Below are positions 28,765 to 39,265 of a DNA stretch of 64,000 bases, one piece after another (the first letter of the stretch is position 1; every line of letters starts with the position of its first letter). The DNA lies in the NCBI GenBank assembly GCA_029262455.1, contig JAJCZJ010000088.1, positions 270,273-334,272 on the forward strand. Direction: 5' to 3'. The notes beneath the pieces are model-generated. The model saw only the letters and a list, made by a program, of their open reading frames with translations, ran no database searches and was not told where the DNA came from. A program made the translations under genes and the position numbers. The stretch is from Deltaproteobacteria bacterium. GTDB taxonomy: Bacteria > Desulfobacterota > Binatia > HRBIN30 > CADEER01.

Positions 28765-31700
28765 ATGTCCAGTTCCGTACGCCTTGCAGGTGTCGCATCG
28801 GCGATGTTGCTGATTTTCAGCGCGTCGTACGCAGCAGCGATTCCGCTCACTTCTGACGAAGCAAAATGTCAGAAAACCGTTGCCACCCAAGGCCGCGTCT
28901 TCTTCAAGAAGCGCATCAAAGCCCTACAAAAGTGCAACGACGACATCATCAAGGGCAAGCTTGCCTCCGGCACGGATTGTACACTCGAATCCAAGGCAGC
29001 CAGCAAGATCACCAAGGCCGAGACTAAGTTCAGCGCCAAGGTCGGTGGCAAGTGCACCGATGCTTTGGTCGCAGCACTCGATTTTGGCGGCCAATGCGCC
29101 GGCGCGGCGACAACCGCCACGTTGACCTCGTGCCTTCGGCAAGACCATAGCAGTGCAGCCGACTCGCTGATCGCAACCGTCTACCCGACAACCGCGGTCA
29201 AGCAATGCGCCGGCGGAGCAAACGACGGTCTCGTGTGCACCGGGAACCCCGGATGCCCAGGCGGTACATGCGCCCTCCCGGGTCACGCATGTGACGGTGG
29301 AGACAACGACGGCACCGCTTGCGATATCGACGCAGACTGTACCGGCGGCGGCTCCTGTCTTCAGGGCAAGGACCACGCAAATTGCATCAAGACTGTCGGC
29401 AAGACAGTTGCCAAGCAAGCCAACAAGCGCATGGCCCTCGTACAGAAGTGCAAGAAGTCTGTCGGCAAAGGCAAGCTGCCGATCGGCACCGATTGCGTCG
29501 CCGAGTCGCAAGCGAAGCTCGACAAGCTGATGACCAAATCGATTCAGAAGATTCAGGACAAGTGTCCTACTTCGATCGCTTCGGGTCAGTTGTTCGGCGG
29601 CTCGTGTAAAGGTTCCGACACCACCGACAACGTCGCTTTCTGTGCCCTGTGCGAAACGAATAGCGGAGCCGACGACTTGATCGTCGTCCAGCACGGCTCC
29701 GGATCGAACGGCGGCGCAGCGGGTGCGATTCAGATCACCGACACCGCGGACTGTGTCGACGGCCCACAGAGTCGTTGCCGGATCGGCGACTACCTCCTAT
29801 CGAACGGCAACATTCGCGTCGTCGTACAGGACATCCAACGCCAGTACCTCGCGGGGATCGGCCAGTTTGGCGGTCAAATCATCGACGCCGACTTGGTTCG
29901 CACCGTAGGTGCCGACCGCGACAGTTTCGAAGAGTGGGCCGTTTCGCTCAACATCGAGTCCACCGCTCACTACACAAACCTCACGATTATCAACGATGGC
30001 ACCAACGGCGGTCCGGCGATCCTTCGCGCGACCGGCGTCGACGACCTTCTCGACCTGCTCAACCCGAGCGCAACCATTGCCAGCTTCGGACTTCTCTTGC
30101 CCCCTACGGCCGACGACTTTGATATCCCGGTAACGGTCCAAACGGATTACATCCTCGATCCGGGCTCGAATGCGGTCGAAGTCGAGACCACCGTTCTAAA
30201 CACCAGCGGCGCCTCTATCGACATCTTCTTCGGGGAGTTCATCAACGGCAGTGGCCAAGTCGAGCTCTTCCAATCCGGCTATGGCTTCGGCGAGCCACTG
30301 ATCGCGTCACCGTGCGGCGGCCGATCCAAATGCAACCAGCTCGCCAACATGATCGGTTACAGCGGAGAGCTGGAGTCTGCCGGAGTCTCCTACGCGTATG
30401 CTTCGGATACCCCCAACTCGTCATCGTTTTCGACCTCCGGAGTGTCCGTCGAACTCCTCGGTGTCGACGCGCTCGGTGCGCTGATTGGCGCCGCAACAGC
30501 CAACTTCACGCTCGAAGCAAACGGTACTACCGGCGATAGCCTCACCTTCTCCCGCCTATTCATCGTCGGGGACGGGACCATTTCCTCCCTGATTGACACC
30601 AGGATCGCGACTCAATGCCTGCCGTTCGGAACAGTCGACGGCACCGTGGATCTCGGAGGCAGCGTCATAGCCGACGCCGACGTGGTGGTTCTTGGTACCC
30701 CCGCCAACGGCCCCGGTGGCGGCCTGCACAACAATCTAACCCGCAACGTCGTGACACATACCCGCACCGACGCTGCGGGAGCCTTCTCACTGACACTGCC
30801 ACCGGGCAGCTACACCCTGGCAGCAAACTTTCAAGGCGCCCTGTACGAAGGTGCTGGAACATCGCCGACCGAGCACAGCATCACGGTGGTCGCGGCGACC
30901 ACCGTAACCCAGAACGTAAGCCTCCCGACGACGGGCGCGTTGCGCGTCATCGTGGACGACGAAAATACCGATCCGATCGCCGCCAGAATCGCCGTGGTCG
31001 GATTCGATCCGTCCCCGGATCCCAAGAACAATCAGAATCTTCTGGGACTGATCTTCAACACAACCGGCGTGTTTGGCGACCAAAACGAAGACGGCTTCCC
31101 GTTTGGCGTCGCACACAATCGCTACGCCGATGCGTCGGGCGACACCGGAGAGTTTCCAATGGAGCCGGGATCGTACCGCGTTTATGTCTCCCACGGCACC
31201 GAGTACTCCATCGACTTCGAAGACGTAACGATTACGGCCGGGGCCACGACGACGGTCAACGCTACGGTCGAACGGGTCATCGACTCCACCGGGTTCGTTT
31301 CCGGTGATTTCCACGTCCACTCGATCGATAGCCCAGACGCCGCTATCAGCCGCACCGATCGAGTCATCGCCATGCTCGGAGAAGGTGTCGATTTCTTTGC
31401 CACCACCGACCACGGCTACCGTGCCGACTTCTCTTCCGCCATCACCAGCCTCGGGGTTGGTGGACTGGTCTCCACCGCCATCGGACAGGAGATCACAACC
31501 TTTGACTACGGGCACTTCAACGCGTGGCCGCTCGACCTGAACACGTCGCTGGCCAACGGCGGTTTCGTGGACCACGGCGGCGCCGCTCCGGATGGATTGG
31601 ACTACCCGTCCGCCGGCTTCTACAGCGAAACGCCGGCAACCATCGTAGCGCTCGCCCACGCCGACTACACAGGCACCAACACCGTCCAGATCAACCACAT

Positions 31701-32781
31701 CCACAGTCACTTCGGTGTGGATGGTGGATCCGGGCTCGGCATCGACACCGGACTGACACCGCCAGCATCTGTCGTACCGGCTGCGGCCCGTCGGCTGAAT
31801 CCGGCCGTCACCAACTACTTCACCGACACCTTCGACGCTCTCGAAGTGTGGATCGGCGAAAGCTTAGGCCAAATCGACGATAACTTCCTCGGGCAGAACG
31901 CTGGTGACTGGATGAACATGATCAACCAGGGAATCATTTCGACGGGTGTCGCCAACTCGGACACGCACCGTCGCTTCATCACACAGTCGGGTTTTCCACG
32001 CAGCATGGTCGCCTCGCTCGAGGACGATCCCGGGCTGCTTTCGCAAGACGATGTCTCGTCGAGCGTCAACGCCGGGCGTGTGATTGGGACCAACGGGCCG
32101 CTGCCGCGGATTACGGTCCACTCTGCCGCAACCGGCGAAAGTGGTGGCCTCGATCTCGGACGCTGTACCGGAGTCGTGGCGTGCACCAACACGACGACAT
32201 GCCCGCCGTGCACGGACACCAGTCAATGCGCAATCGGCGAGACATGTACGACGCTTCCGACAACGATTACCTCCACTTCCGGGACCGATGTCGACATCAC
32301 CGTCGACGTGCAAAGTCCCGAATGGGCGCCGTTCGACAGGATCGAGTTCTACATCAACACCACAACTACCAAGACCACCACGATGGACGTCGAAACCGGG
32401 TCTGGAGAAGTTGATGTCAATCGCTATTCACTGACACCGGATCTCGTACACACCGCCGGAGTCGACTTCGCCGTCTCGACGGTCGCCGTGCCCGGTACGG
32501 GCTCCTCGCGACTCGTCGCAACGACCAGCACGACTCTGACTGGCCTGACCACCGACTCATGGGTAAGCGTCATGGTCGTCGGCACTGACGGTGTTTCCAA
32601 TCCGCTGTTTCCGGTCGTGCCAAACAGCCTCACGCAAGCCGGCAACACCACTCTGGCGAACCTGATCGACGGCAACCTTGGTGAGTCGGGTATGCCTGCG
32701 TTGGCGTTCACGAACCCGATCTTCATCGATACGGATGGCTCGGCCGGCTGGGACGCGCCGGGTGTACAGATTGCACCGTAG
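28765..32781 (+). CDS. Large secreted multidomain protein: duplicated Cys/Lys-rich N-terminal modules, a Cys-rich linker, a carboxypeptidase-regulatory-like domain and a PHP-type metallophosphoesterase domain
   Basis: Signal peptide MSSSVRLAGVASAMLLIFSASYAAA. Two ~75-aa modules with an identical Cys spacing (CQKTV...KC...GTDC...KC...GGQC and CIKTV...KC...GTDC...KC...GGSC). TDAAGAFSLTLPPGSYTL (CarboxypepD_reg-like). DFHVHSIDSPDAAISRTDRVIAMLGEGVDFFATTDHGY (PHP domain HxH...D...TDH). Confidence 0.8.
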   Translation: MSSSVRLAGVASAMLLIFSASYAAAIPLTSDEAKCQKTVATQGRVFFKKRIKALQKCNDDIIKGKLASGTDCTLESKAASKITKAETKFSAKVGGKCTDALVAALDFGGQCAGAATTATLTSCLRQDHSSAADSLIATVYPTTAVKQCAGGANDGLVCTGNPGCPGGTCALPGHACDGGDNDGTACDIDADCTGGGSCLQGKDHANCIKTVGKTVAKQANKRMALVQKCKKSVGKGKLPIGTDCVAESQAKLDKLMTKSIQKIQDKCPTSIASGQLFGGSCKGSDTTDNVAFCALCETNSGADDLIVVQHGSGSNGGAAGAIQITDTADCVDGPQSRCRIGDYLLSNGNIRVVVQDIQRQYLAGIGQFGGQIIDADLVRTVGADRDSFEEWAVSLNIESTAHYTNLTIINDGTNGGPAILRATGVDDLLDLLNPSATIASFGLLLPPTADDFDIPVTVQTDYILDPGSNAVEVETTVLNTSGASIDIFFGEFINGSGQVELFQSGYGFGEPLIASPCGGRSKCNQLANMIGYSGELESAGVSYAYASDTPNSSSFSTSGVSVELLGVDALGALIGAATANFTLEANGTTGDSLTFSRLFIVGDGTISSLIDTRIATQCLPFGTVDGTVDLGGSVIADADVVVLGTPANGPGGGLHNNLTRNVVTHTRTDAAGAFSLTLPPGSYTLAANFQGALYEGAGTSPTEHSITVVAATTVTQNVSLPTTGALRVIVDDENTDPIAARIAVVGFDPSPDPKNNQNLLGLIFNTTGVFGDQNEDGFPFGVAHNRYADASGDTGEFPMEPGSYRVYVSHGTEYSIDFEDVTITAGATTTVNATVERVIDSTGFVSGDFHVHSIDSPDAAISRTDRVIAMLGEGVDFFATTDHGYRADFSSAITSLGVGGLVSTAIGQEITTFDYGHFNAWPLDLNTSLANGGFVDHGGAAPDGLDYPSAGFYSETPATIVALAHADYTGTNTVQINHIHSHFGVDGGSGLGIDTGLTPPASVVPAAARRLNPAVTNYFTDTFDALEVWIGESLGQIDDNFLGQNAGDWMNMINQGIISTGVANSDTHRRFITQSGFPRSMVASLEDDPGLLSQDDVSSSVNAGRVIGTNGPLPRITVHSAATGESGGLDLGRCTGVVACTNTTTCPPCTDTSQCAIGETCTTLPTTITSTSGTDVDITVDVQSPEWAPFDRIEFYINTTTTKTTTMDVETGSGEVDVNRYSLTPDLVHTAGVDFAVSTVAVPGTGSSRLVATTSTTLTGLTTDSWVSVMVVGTDGVSNPLFPVVPNSLTQAGNTTLANLIDGNLGESGMPALAFTNPIFIDTDGSAGWDAPGVQIAP

Positions 32782-34093
32782 CAAAACGTATCTCGCGACT
32801 ACCCCGCGGAACCTGGACGTAACCAGGTTCCGCGGGGCCACCTCCGCCCTGCGGGCTGCCACGAATCTGCTGCTCGCTCTGGTACTGTTGGCGCCAGCTT
32901 CAGCTTACGGCGCCTTTGCACCAAAGACCCGTGAGATGCTGCGCAAGGCTACGTTCGTCGGCGGCGGCGAGATCCTTGCGACGTCCGAGTACGACGACGG
33001 TCGCATTGGCGTAGTCCATATTCGCATCGACGAAATGTTCAAACCGGGCAAGACCAAAGGTCCCCACAGTGTGCGCGTCGTTTCGATCACCGATGAACCG
33101 GGCGCGGTTCAACCCGAAGTCGGCGCCAAAGGGCTGCTCTTTGTCCAGCCTCTGCGACGCACCTCCTACATCGATCGACACGTGCCGGACAGCACCAGCA
33201 CCTACTCTTTCGTCGATGGACGCGATGGCTGGCGCCAAGCACGAGCCAACCAGATGGAAAAGTTGGCCGCCCCTATCCGACAGCTGGTCGCGAACAGCCG
33301 CGGAAAACAGAAAGATCCATCGGCTCAGACCGCCCAGCGCACGATTACGTTTCAGCTCATCTCTTCGCTCGACCCAATCCTGGTGCCTGACGGACTCGTC
33401 GTGCTTGCGGAACTCCCGGATCTCGCTAATTCCCTTAGTGAAGCAGAGGTCGACAGCCTCAAGGCCGCCCTCCACTCCGACACGCTGCCGACGAAAGTCC
33501 GCAAGACCGTCATCAGCGCGATCGCCGACAATCGACTCACCGTGCTTGCCGACAGCTTGCGCAAGATCGACGACACAGAGCTTCAACGTGACGCCTGGGG
33601 CGCGTTGCGCCGACTCGGGCATCCGATAAACGTCGACACTTTGCACGAAGATCTAAAAAGCGAAAAGCCGGGAGTTCGCACCGCGGCTGCTTTGGAACTT
33701 CTCGACCGGGATCCCGAAAAGGAGATCGCGACCGTGTCGAAACAGCTCCTGAAGGATCCCGATCCCGAGGTCAGGCTCGAGGTAATCGAAGCACTAGGCG
33801 CAACCGGCTCGGCACAGGCGGCTACGGTGCTCGAACCGGTCTTCTCCGACTCCGACCTGAAGCAGCGCCAAGCAACGGCGCGGGCCCTACTTGCGATCGG
33901 CGGACCCACCGCCGCAGACTCGTTTCACCGCCTTGCCTTCGAGGGTTCAATTCAAGCCCAACGGTTTGCAGTATTCGGACTGTTCTCGCTCGGCGTCGGG
34001 CGCGAGGATGGCCGCCTGCAGGACATCGCAAGACGCCACACCGACAAGAAAATCAAGGAACTGATCGAACATGGCATCGAGCACGGCCACTGA
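32735..34093 (+). CDS. Secreted HEAT-repeat (PBS-lyase-like) protein
   Basis: Signal peptide LLLALVLLAPASAYG and C-terminal HEAT-like repeats (VRTAAALELL..DPEVRLEVIEALGATG..LKQRQATARALLAIG). The first ATG (32735) overlaps the upstream gene by 47 nt; in-frame GTG 32762 or TTG 32771 are alternatives. Confidence 0.6.
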   Translation: MARPAGTRRVYRLHRSKTYLATTPRNLDVTRFRGATSALRAATNLLLALVLLAPASAYGAFAPKTREMLRKATFVGGGEILATSEYDDGRIGVVHIRIDEMFKPGKTKGPHSVRVVSITDEPGAVQPEVGAKGLLFVQPLRRTSYIDRHVPDSTSTYSFVDGRDGWRQARANQMEKLAAPIRQLVANSRGKQKDPSAQTAQRTITFQLISSLDPILVPDGLVVLAELPDLANSLSEAEVDSLKAALHSDTLPTKVRKTVISAIADNRLTVLADSLRKIDDTELQRDAWGALRRLGHPINVDTLHEDLKSEKPGVRTAAALELLDRDPEKEIATVSKQLLKDPDPEVRLEVIEALGATGSAQAATVLEPVFSDSDLKQRQATARALLAIGGPTAADSFHRLAFEGSIQAQRFAVFGLFSLGVGREDGRLQDIARRHTDKKIKELIEHGIEHGH

Positions 34094-34142
34094 CACTCCG
34101 CGGAAATTTCGAACTCCCAGACCATTCTCCCCAACCGCATTA

Positions 34143-34541
34143 ATGATTGCGTTGACTGCAGCAGCGATCTTTGCGGCAGCGACAACCTCGGCTCATACCA
34201 AGCCACGCGCCGCGAAAGAGCTGGTGCGAATTCACGGAACCATCGCCGCCGGCGGAACTTGCGAAAAGGCGACCCTGGTGAAGCTGGCAGTGTTGGGGCG
34301 AGCCCTGCAGATCTGCGCCAGTGATCTGAGGCGCATCGTGGTTGCAACAGAGGAAGGGGCCGACGAACCAGCTCCAACCGAGCTGGATTTGCAGGGAGAG
34401 AGGTCCTCCCTGGCTCGCTTGCGCAAAGCACAGCCACCACAGACGGTATCGATCCTCGGTGAATGGCGGCCCGGCCGACGGGACCTGTTCCTGATCTCGC
34501 TCGATCTTTGTGATTGCGGAGATCCGCCTCCAGACAATTGA
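34143..34541 (+). CDS. Hypothetical small secreted protein
   Basis: MIALTAAAIFAAATTSAHT is a signal peptide. ~130 aa with a C-terminal CDCG. Immediately precedes the LRAT-family gene. Confidence 0.35.
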   Translation: MIALTAAAIFAAATTSAHTKPRAAKELVRIHGTIAAGGTCEKATLVKLAVLGRALQICASDLRRIVVATEEGADEPAPTELDLQGERSSLARLRKAQPPQTVSILGEWRPGRRDLFLISLDLCDCGDPPPDN

Positions 34542-34553
34542 GGCTTTTCTCGT

Positions 34554-35105
34554 TTGGGTCACCGCTCGGTTCACGGTATGATCGCTGCCATGGCAGCAGG
34601 GGACCACATCCGCGTTCTACGGCGACGGCTATACTGGCACCACGGAATCGACCTCGGCGATGGCTCAGTGATCCACGCCAGCGGCGAGCCCGGTCGTAGA
34701 AATATCGATGCCGAAGTACGACACTCTTCGATTGAGGAGTTCGCGCGCGGTGGCGAGATCGAGATCGTCGATGATGGAGGCCTGCTCTCCGGTGACGAAG
34801 TGGTCGCCCGCGCAAGGCAGGCGCTCGGGACCAAGGACTACAGTCTGCTTTCCAACAACTGCGAGCACTTCGCACGCTGGTGCCGTACTGGTCGCGGCAA
34901 CAGCGAGCAGATCGACGCCTTTGCGATCGCCGGAACAGTTCTCGGGTTGGCAGCACGACTCGCCATCGCTGGGATCGCCCGAAAGGGCGGAACTTCGTTG
35001 GCGATCCGCGCACTCCCGTTGGCGGGGCCGCTGGCGACCGGACTGGCTGTCGCCGCCGCAGCCGTCGCAGTGGGCACTCGCGTCCTACGCGCTGAAGAGA
35101 ACTGA
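34554..35105 (+). CDS. LRAT/PLAAT-family protein (NlpC/P60 superfamily papain-like acyltransferase/phospholipase) with a C-terminal hydrophobic anchor
   Basis: GDHIRVLRRRLYWHHGIDLGDGSVIHASGEP (the catalytic His region) and LLSNNCEHFARWCRTG (the catalytic NCEHF Cys motif). An Ala/Gly-rich hydrophobic tail follows. The start may be the ATG at 34578. Confidence 0.7.
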   Translation: MGHRSVHGMIAAMAAGDHIRVLRRRLYWHHGIDLGDGSVIHASGEPGRRNIDAEVRHSSIEEFARGGEIEIVDDGGLLSGDEVVARARQALGTKDYSLLSNNCEHFARWCRTGRGNSEQIDAFAIAGTVLGLAARLAIAGIARKGGTSLAIRALPLAGPLATGLAVAAAAVAVGTRVLRAEEN

Positions 35106-35124
35106 GATCCAGGGGACGCGTCGG

Positions 35125-35496
35125 ATGGGAGCACGTATCTTGTTGGGCGTGTCAGCCGCCGTATGGCTCCCCTATGGCCTGCTCTGCCTCGCGTTACCCG
35201 ACACCCTCCAAACCGCTGCCGGCGTCGCATTCTTCAGCCCGACCGGGCGTACCGAGATCCGCGCGATGTACGGTGGCTTGCAAATTGCGATCGGCGTTCT
35301 CTGTTGCATCGGTCTGGTGCGGGCGAGTTGGCAGCAGACCGCGCTACGAACCCTGTTGGTCCTTGCAAGTGGGTTGATCGGAGCCCGCCTCCTCGGCGGA
35401 TTCATTGACGCCTCGTTCTCGGCCTACACGGTATTCGCCGCGCTCTTCGAAGCGATCACGGTCGGATTCTCAGCCTGGCTGCTGCGCGAACCATAG
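35125..35496 (+). CDS. DUF4345-like small integral membrane protein
   Basis: MGARILLGVSAAVWLPYGLLCLALPDTL... has four predicted TM segments. An AGGGGA RBS lies 20 nt after the LRAT gene stop. Confidence 0.6.
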   Translation: MGARILLGVSAAVWLPYGLLCLALPDTLQTAAGVAFFSPTGRTEIRAMYGGLQIAIGVLCCIGLVRASWQQTALRTLLVLASGLIGARLLGGFIDASFSAYTVFAALFEAITVGFSAWLLREP

Positions 35497-35530
35497 TCGG
35501 AGTCGCGTTGGTTGGGCGTTCTTATGATGA

Positions 35531-36382
35531 CTAGGCTACCTCAGCCGTCACCATCCAGGTAGACGCACTCATCCGCAATCCGTTGTCGCCTTGGAACGGC
35601 TGCAGTGCCTCCGCGATGGACGCTGCTACGCGTTCCTTGACGTCGTCCGAAGCCTCCTGCAGCAACCGGCCGGTCGGCCCCATCTGCATCACCACCCGGA
35701 CAGTCTCTTCGAGCGAACGCCCCGCGCCGATCGCGACTTTCGTGTCGAAGCGATCAATCGCAACCGCCCCAAAGTCCGCCTCTTCCAAAATTCGGCGCAA
35801 ACGATCCCCATCGGCAAACGCAAACGGTCCTGGGGCACCAGGGGCAGGGATCTCCGGCGGCGGCAAGTGTTGCAACGCTGCCGCAACCGGGACCGTCATC
35901 CACTCGTTGTCTTCGACCCCGCGCCAACACGCGAAGGACAGCCTCGCTCCAGATCGTGCAGCGCGACCCAGGTTCGCAAACGCCGCTTTCGGGTCCGAGA
36001 AAAACATCACACCGAAGCGCGAGAAGATCGCATCGAACGCCGTCTCGAACGCGCGACTCTGAGCATCGGCTTCGAGGAAGGTAAGACCGGCCGCTAACTC
36101 AGCCGACGCGGCACTAGCTCGCGCGCGAGCTAACATGGGTGCCGATAGATCGATCCCAACAACTGTCCCGCCCGCGCCGACCCGGCGTGCCAGCTCGAGC
36201 GAAGTCGCCCCACAACCGCAGCCGACATCCAGGACACTCGACCCCTCAATCGCGCCGAGCCGACTCATCGCCTCAAGACCCAGGGGCTCGAGCTGCGCGT
36301 CGATGAAGGCTTGTAACTCGACCCACTTTGGGCCCGCTTGTTCACTCCAGTAGAGCGCCTGCTCGGAATTCTGATCGGTCAT
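35531..36382 (-). CDS. Class I SAM-dependent methyltransferase
   Basis: The SAM-binding motif [17 protein letters not shown] and motif II/III spacing. Confidence 0.8.
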   Translation of the reverse strand: MTDQNSEQALYWSEQAGPKWVELQAFIDAQLEPLGLEAMSRLGAIEGSSVLDVGCGCGATSLELARRVGAGGTVVGIDLSAPMLARARASAASAELAAGLTFLEADAQSRAFETAFDAIFSRFGVMFFSDPKAAFANLGRAARSGARLSFACWRGVEDNEWMTVPVAAALQHLPPPEIPAPGAPGPFAFADGDRLRRILEEADFGAVAIDRFDTKVAIGAGRSLEETVRVVMQMGPTGRLLQEASDDVKERVAASIAEALQPFQGDNGLRMSASTWMVTAEVA

Positions 36383-36783
36383 TCATCCATGTCGTCGCTG
36401 TGACGCAGCGACACCGAATTCATGCAGTACCGCTGCCCCGAAGGACCCGGACCATCGGGAAAGACGTGCCCCAAATGGGCATCGCACCGAGCACAAAGAA
36501 CCTCGACTCGGCGCATCCCGTGACTCTCGTCTGCTTCCGTGCGGACAGCCCCTTCTGTCAGTGGATTCCAAAAGCTCGGCCATCCGGTGCCGGAGTCGAA
36601 CTTGGTCTCCGACGAGAACAATTCATGACCACAGCATCGGCAGTGGAAGACCCCAACGCCCTTGTAGTCGTTGTACTTACCGGTGAAGGCAGGCTCAGTC
36701 CCTTTTTGGCGACAGACCGAATATTCCTCTGCCGAAAGCTCTTGCCGCCATTCCTCGTCGCTCTTCTCAAGCTTCTCAGTCAT
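36379..36783 (-). CDS. msrB: Peptide-methionine (R)-S-oxide reductase
   Basis: Two CxxC pairs ([21 protein letters not shown]) and GTGWPSF form the MsrB signature. 4-nt overlap with the methyltransferase gene. Confidence 0.9.
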   Translation of the reverse strand: MTEKLEKSDEEWRQELSAEEYSVCRQKGTEPAFTGKYNDYKGVGVFHCRCCGHELFSSETKFDSGTGWPSFWNPLTEGAVRTEADESHGMRRVEVLCARCDAHLGHVFPDGPGPSGQRYCMNSVSLRHSDDMDE

Positions 36784-36898
36784 CCCGAGTGCTCCCTCTC
36801 AAGTGAAGTCCACAGGATACGGTGGCTGCGACAGACGGTCCAGCGCGGAACGCCAAGTTTTGCTTTGGTCAGCGCGGAACCACCGCTACGAAACGAAG

Positions 36899-38368
36899 CT
36901 AGGGACAGCTCGTAAACACTGGAGCATCGAATTCAGCGTCGCTGATCTCAATGGTGCCGCCAGCGTCGATTGCGATACAACCGAGACCGTCTGTTTGGAA
37001 ATCGCCGTCCGCGGTCAAGCTTCCATTCCGCGACTTGGCAACGATCGTGCCGCCACCACGAACACGAAAGTCGCTGCGCATCAGAAGGTCACCCTCGGTT
37101 TCGATCCGGATCGTACCGCTACCGTCCTCGCCGTCGGCGCGAACATCGACGCGAGACTCGAACACAGCGTCATCGGCATTGACAGCGATGGAACCTCCAC
37201 TCATACCTTGCGCCAACAAACTGGTCCGGCGATCGACCCTCAACGATCCAACGTCGATTGTGATCTCACCGCCATCGGTCCGGCCACCGGTCGAGATCGA
37301 AGCGTCGACAATGGTATCACCAGCACTAATCGCCACGCCCCCGCCACTCCCAACTTTCCCAGTCGCCACGATGCGTCCCCGCGCTTCCAATGATCCGCCG
37401 CCCAATGCGACGTGACCGCCCTCAGCGCCGTCGACAAAAATCGTGTCGCGAACGAACAGCGAGTCCTGACCAAAAAGCCAGACTGTGCCACCTTGCGCGT
37501 CCCGCAATCCACTTCGCGCACGGATCAAATCTAAGCTCAGAGTATCCTGCCCGGAGAGCGCAACGAAACCACCGACCGTAGCACCGTTGGCATCGATCCG
37601 CCGATCCGTACGGAGTACGCGCGCCGCACTAAGTAAGACGACGCCGCCGCGTTTACTTCTTCCGCTCGCGTCGAGCTTCTGCATGATCACCACATCGCCC
37701 GCCGAGCTATCGATACGAATGCTGCCGCCCTCGCCTCCGCGAGCGTCGACAACTCCGCTGAGGCGGACTCCCTCATCGCCCGATATCGTAACCAGGCCGC
37801 CCCTGCGGTTCACTCCAGAACGCGCTTGAATTCTCGCTCGCCCGACGGTCGACACTAATCCAGTCGCATGAATGTCGATCGTACCGCCGTCAAAGATTGT
37901 ACCTGTCCCGGTCGCCGACGCACGCAGCGGCGCGCGGATTTCAATATTGTCTCCGGCATCGAGGAGTATCGATCCAGCGCCCTTCTGACCCGAAACATCC
38001 AGACGCCAGCGAATGTTAATGTCGTCTGTCGCGCGAAGCTCGATCGTGCCTCCAAGAGAAGTGGCGGCTTGCGCCGGGCGCGCGACAATTGCGCGTCGGA
38101 CATCGAACGAACGCGCGGAGAAGGCAATTTTTCCGCCGTCTTCAGTTCGCAAAGTGCCGGCTACGACAACGTGACGATCGCCGAAGTCAACTTCACACGG
38201 GTCCGCCAGAGTTGCGCTGCGAATCTCGCACGGATCTCCAACACAGAGCTTGTCCGGACTGTCACAAATCAGCGCCGACACCGACCGACCACCGAGGCCG
38301 ATCAGCCCGACAGCTAGCAAAACCGTCAGTCCGCCAATGCGTCTCCTAGCGTTTTCAGCTTCCATCAT
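36899..38368 (-). CDS. Secreted Gly-rich parallel beta-helix repeat protein
   Basis: Signal peptide, then repeated G-x-I/V-x-I/L-x-A/S-x-x motifs (GGTIDIHATG, GGSIRIDSSAGD, GGEITIDVGS, GSGTIRIETEGD). Confidence 0.6.
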   Translation of the reverse strand: MMEAENARRRIGGLTVLLAVGLIGLGGRSVSALICDSPDKLCVGDPCEIRSATLADPCEVDFGDRHVVVAGTLRTEDGGKIAFSARSFDVRRAIVARPAQAATSLGGTIELRATDDINIRWRLDVSGQKGAGSILLDAGDNIEIRAPLRASATGTGTIFDGGTIDIHATGLVSTVGRARIQARSGVNRRGGLVTISGDEGVRLSGVVDARGGEGGSIRIDSSAGDVVIMQKLDASGRSKRGGVVLLSAARVLRTDRRIDANGATVGGFVALSGQDTLSLDLIRARSGLRDAQGGTVWLFGQDSLFVRDTIFVDGAEGGHVALGGGSLEARGRIVATGKVGSGGGVAISAGDTIVDASISTGGRTDGGEITIDVGSLRVDRRTSLLAQGMSGGSIAVNADDAVFESRVDVRADGEDGSGTIRIETEGDLLMRSDFRVRGGGTIVAKSRNGSLTADGDFQTDGLGCIAIDAGGTIEISDAEFDAPVFTSCP

Positions 38369-38491
38369 CTCCCCCGTGAAGCAAAGCCCTCAAACTACGG
38401 GCGAATCCTCGCTCACTCGGACTACAGATGTCAAGCAACCAATCCCCAGGAACCAATCCGCCAAGCCCCTGCAATCCAACAACTTTGGTGT

Positions 38492-39265
38492 TTAAGGAGG
38501 TGCGGACTGGCGAGGGAACTTGCGGACCTGCCGGTAGCGCCGCAGCAAAGCTGCGAACCCGTTTGGAAGACTCGCGGCGTACCCGATAAACCCGGGTAGA
38601 GTGGCAAAACATTCTTCAGCAGCCACGTAAGCCGGATCATCCCGCAACGCGCTCTGCGCCCGACGCGGCGGCTCCGCGCCCGGATCGACTCGAAAGTCTC
38701 GGACATAAGCGAGGAGGCGCCGGTGGTAGTCCGGATCCTCGACGATCGCGCCAATGGTCCCCTGGCGGGGATGCCGCCCTTCGACCATCGCCAGCACCTG
38801 GTCCTCTAGAGCACCGACTCCATTTGGAAACATCTGCAATATTTGAAGGTCGTAGACCGGGTTTAAGTGGACCACTTGCATTAGGTGACCAATGATCGTG
38901 TCGCGATCAGAGTAGAATCCGGTCGGATCTATCATCGAAACCGGGTCATCAAGGATCCGCAAGAGTTGATGGAAGCCGAAATTGATACCCTTCGATTCAT
39001 AGTACTCGCGTGCCGCCGGTTCGATGACGAAACGGAGCATGTCGAAACCGCCGAAAAGTAGCTGGCGACGACTGGGGCGCTGCTCGACGACGTTCTGGGC
39101 AACCAGCGAGTCGAGCCGCCGCGGCACTTCGCGGGGATCCAAGTAGATTCGGACAGTGCGCGCCAGTCGGCGCACCTTGCCCGCCAGCTGCCGAGGCCCC
39201 CCGATCGCTGCCAGCAACAAGCGCAACGGCCCGGCACTCGTCCTCGTCAAGCGCTCTTCGCCCAT
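38492..39265 (-). CDS. Hypothetical protein (family not recognised)
   Basis: Long ORF with protein-like composition. Start set at an internal ATG to avoid overlap with the divergent DCC gene. Confidence 0.4.
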   Translation of the reverse strand: MGEERLTRTSAGPLRLLLAAIGGPRQLAGKVRRLARTVRIYLDPREVPRRLDSLVAQNVVEQRPSRRQLLFGGFDMLRFVIEPAAREYYESKGINFGFHQLLRILDDPVSMIDPTGFYSDRDTIIGHLMQVVHLNPVYDLQILQMFPNGVGALEDQVLAMVEGRHPRQGTIGAIVEDPDYHRRLLAYVRDFRVDPGAEPPRRAQSALRDDPAYVAAEECFATLPGFIGYAASLPNGFAALLRRYRQVRKFPRQSAPP

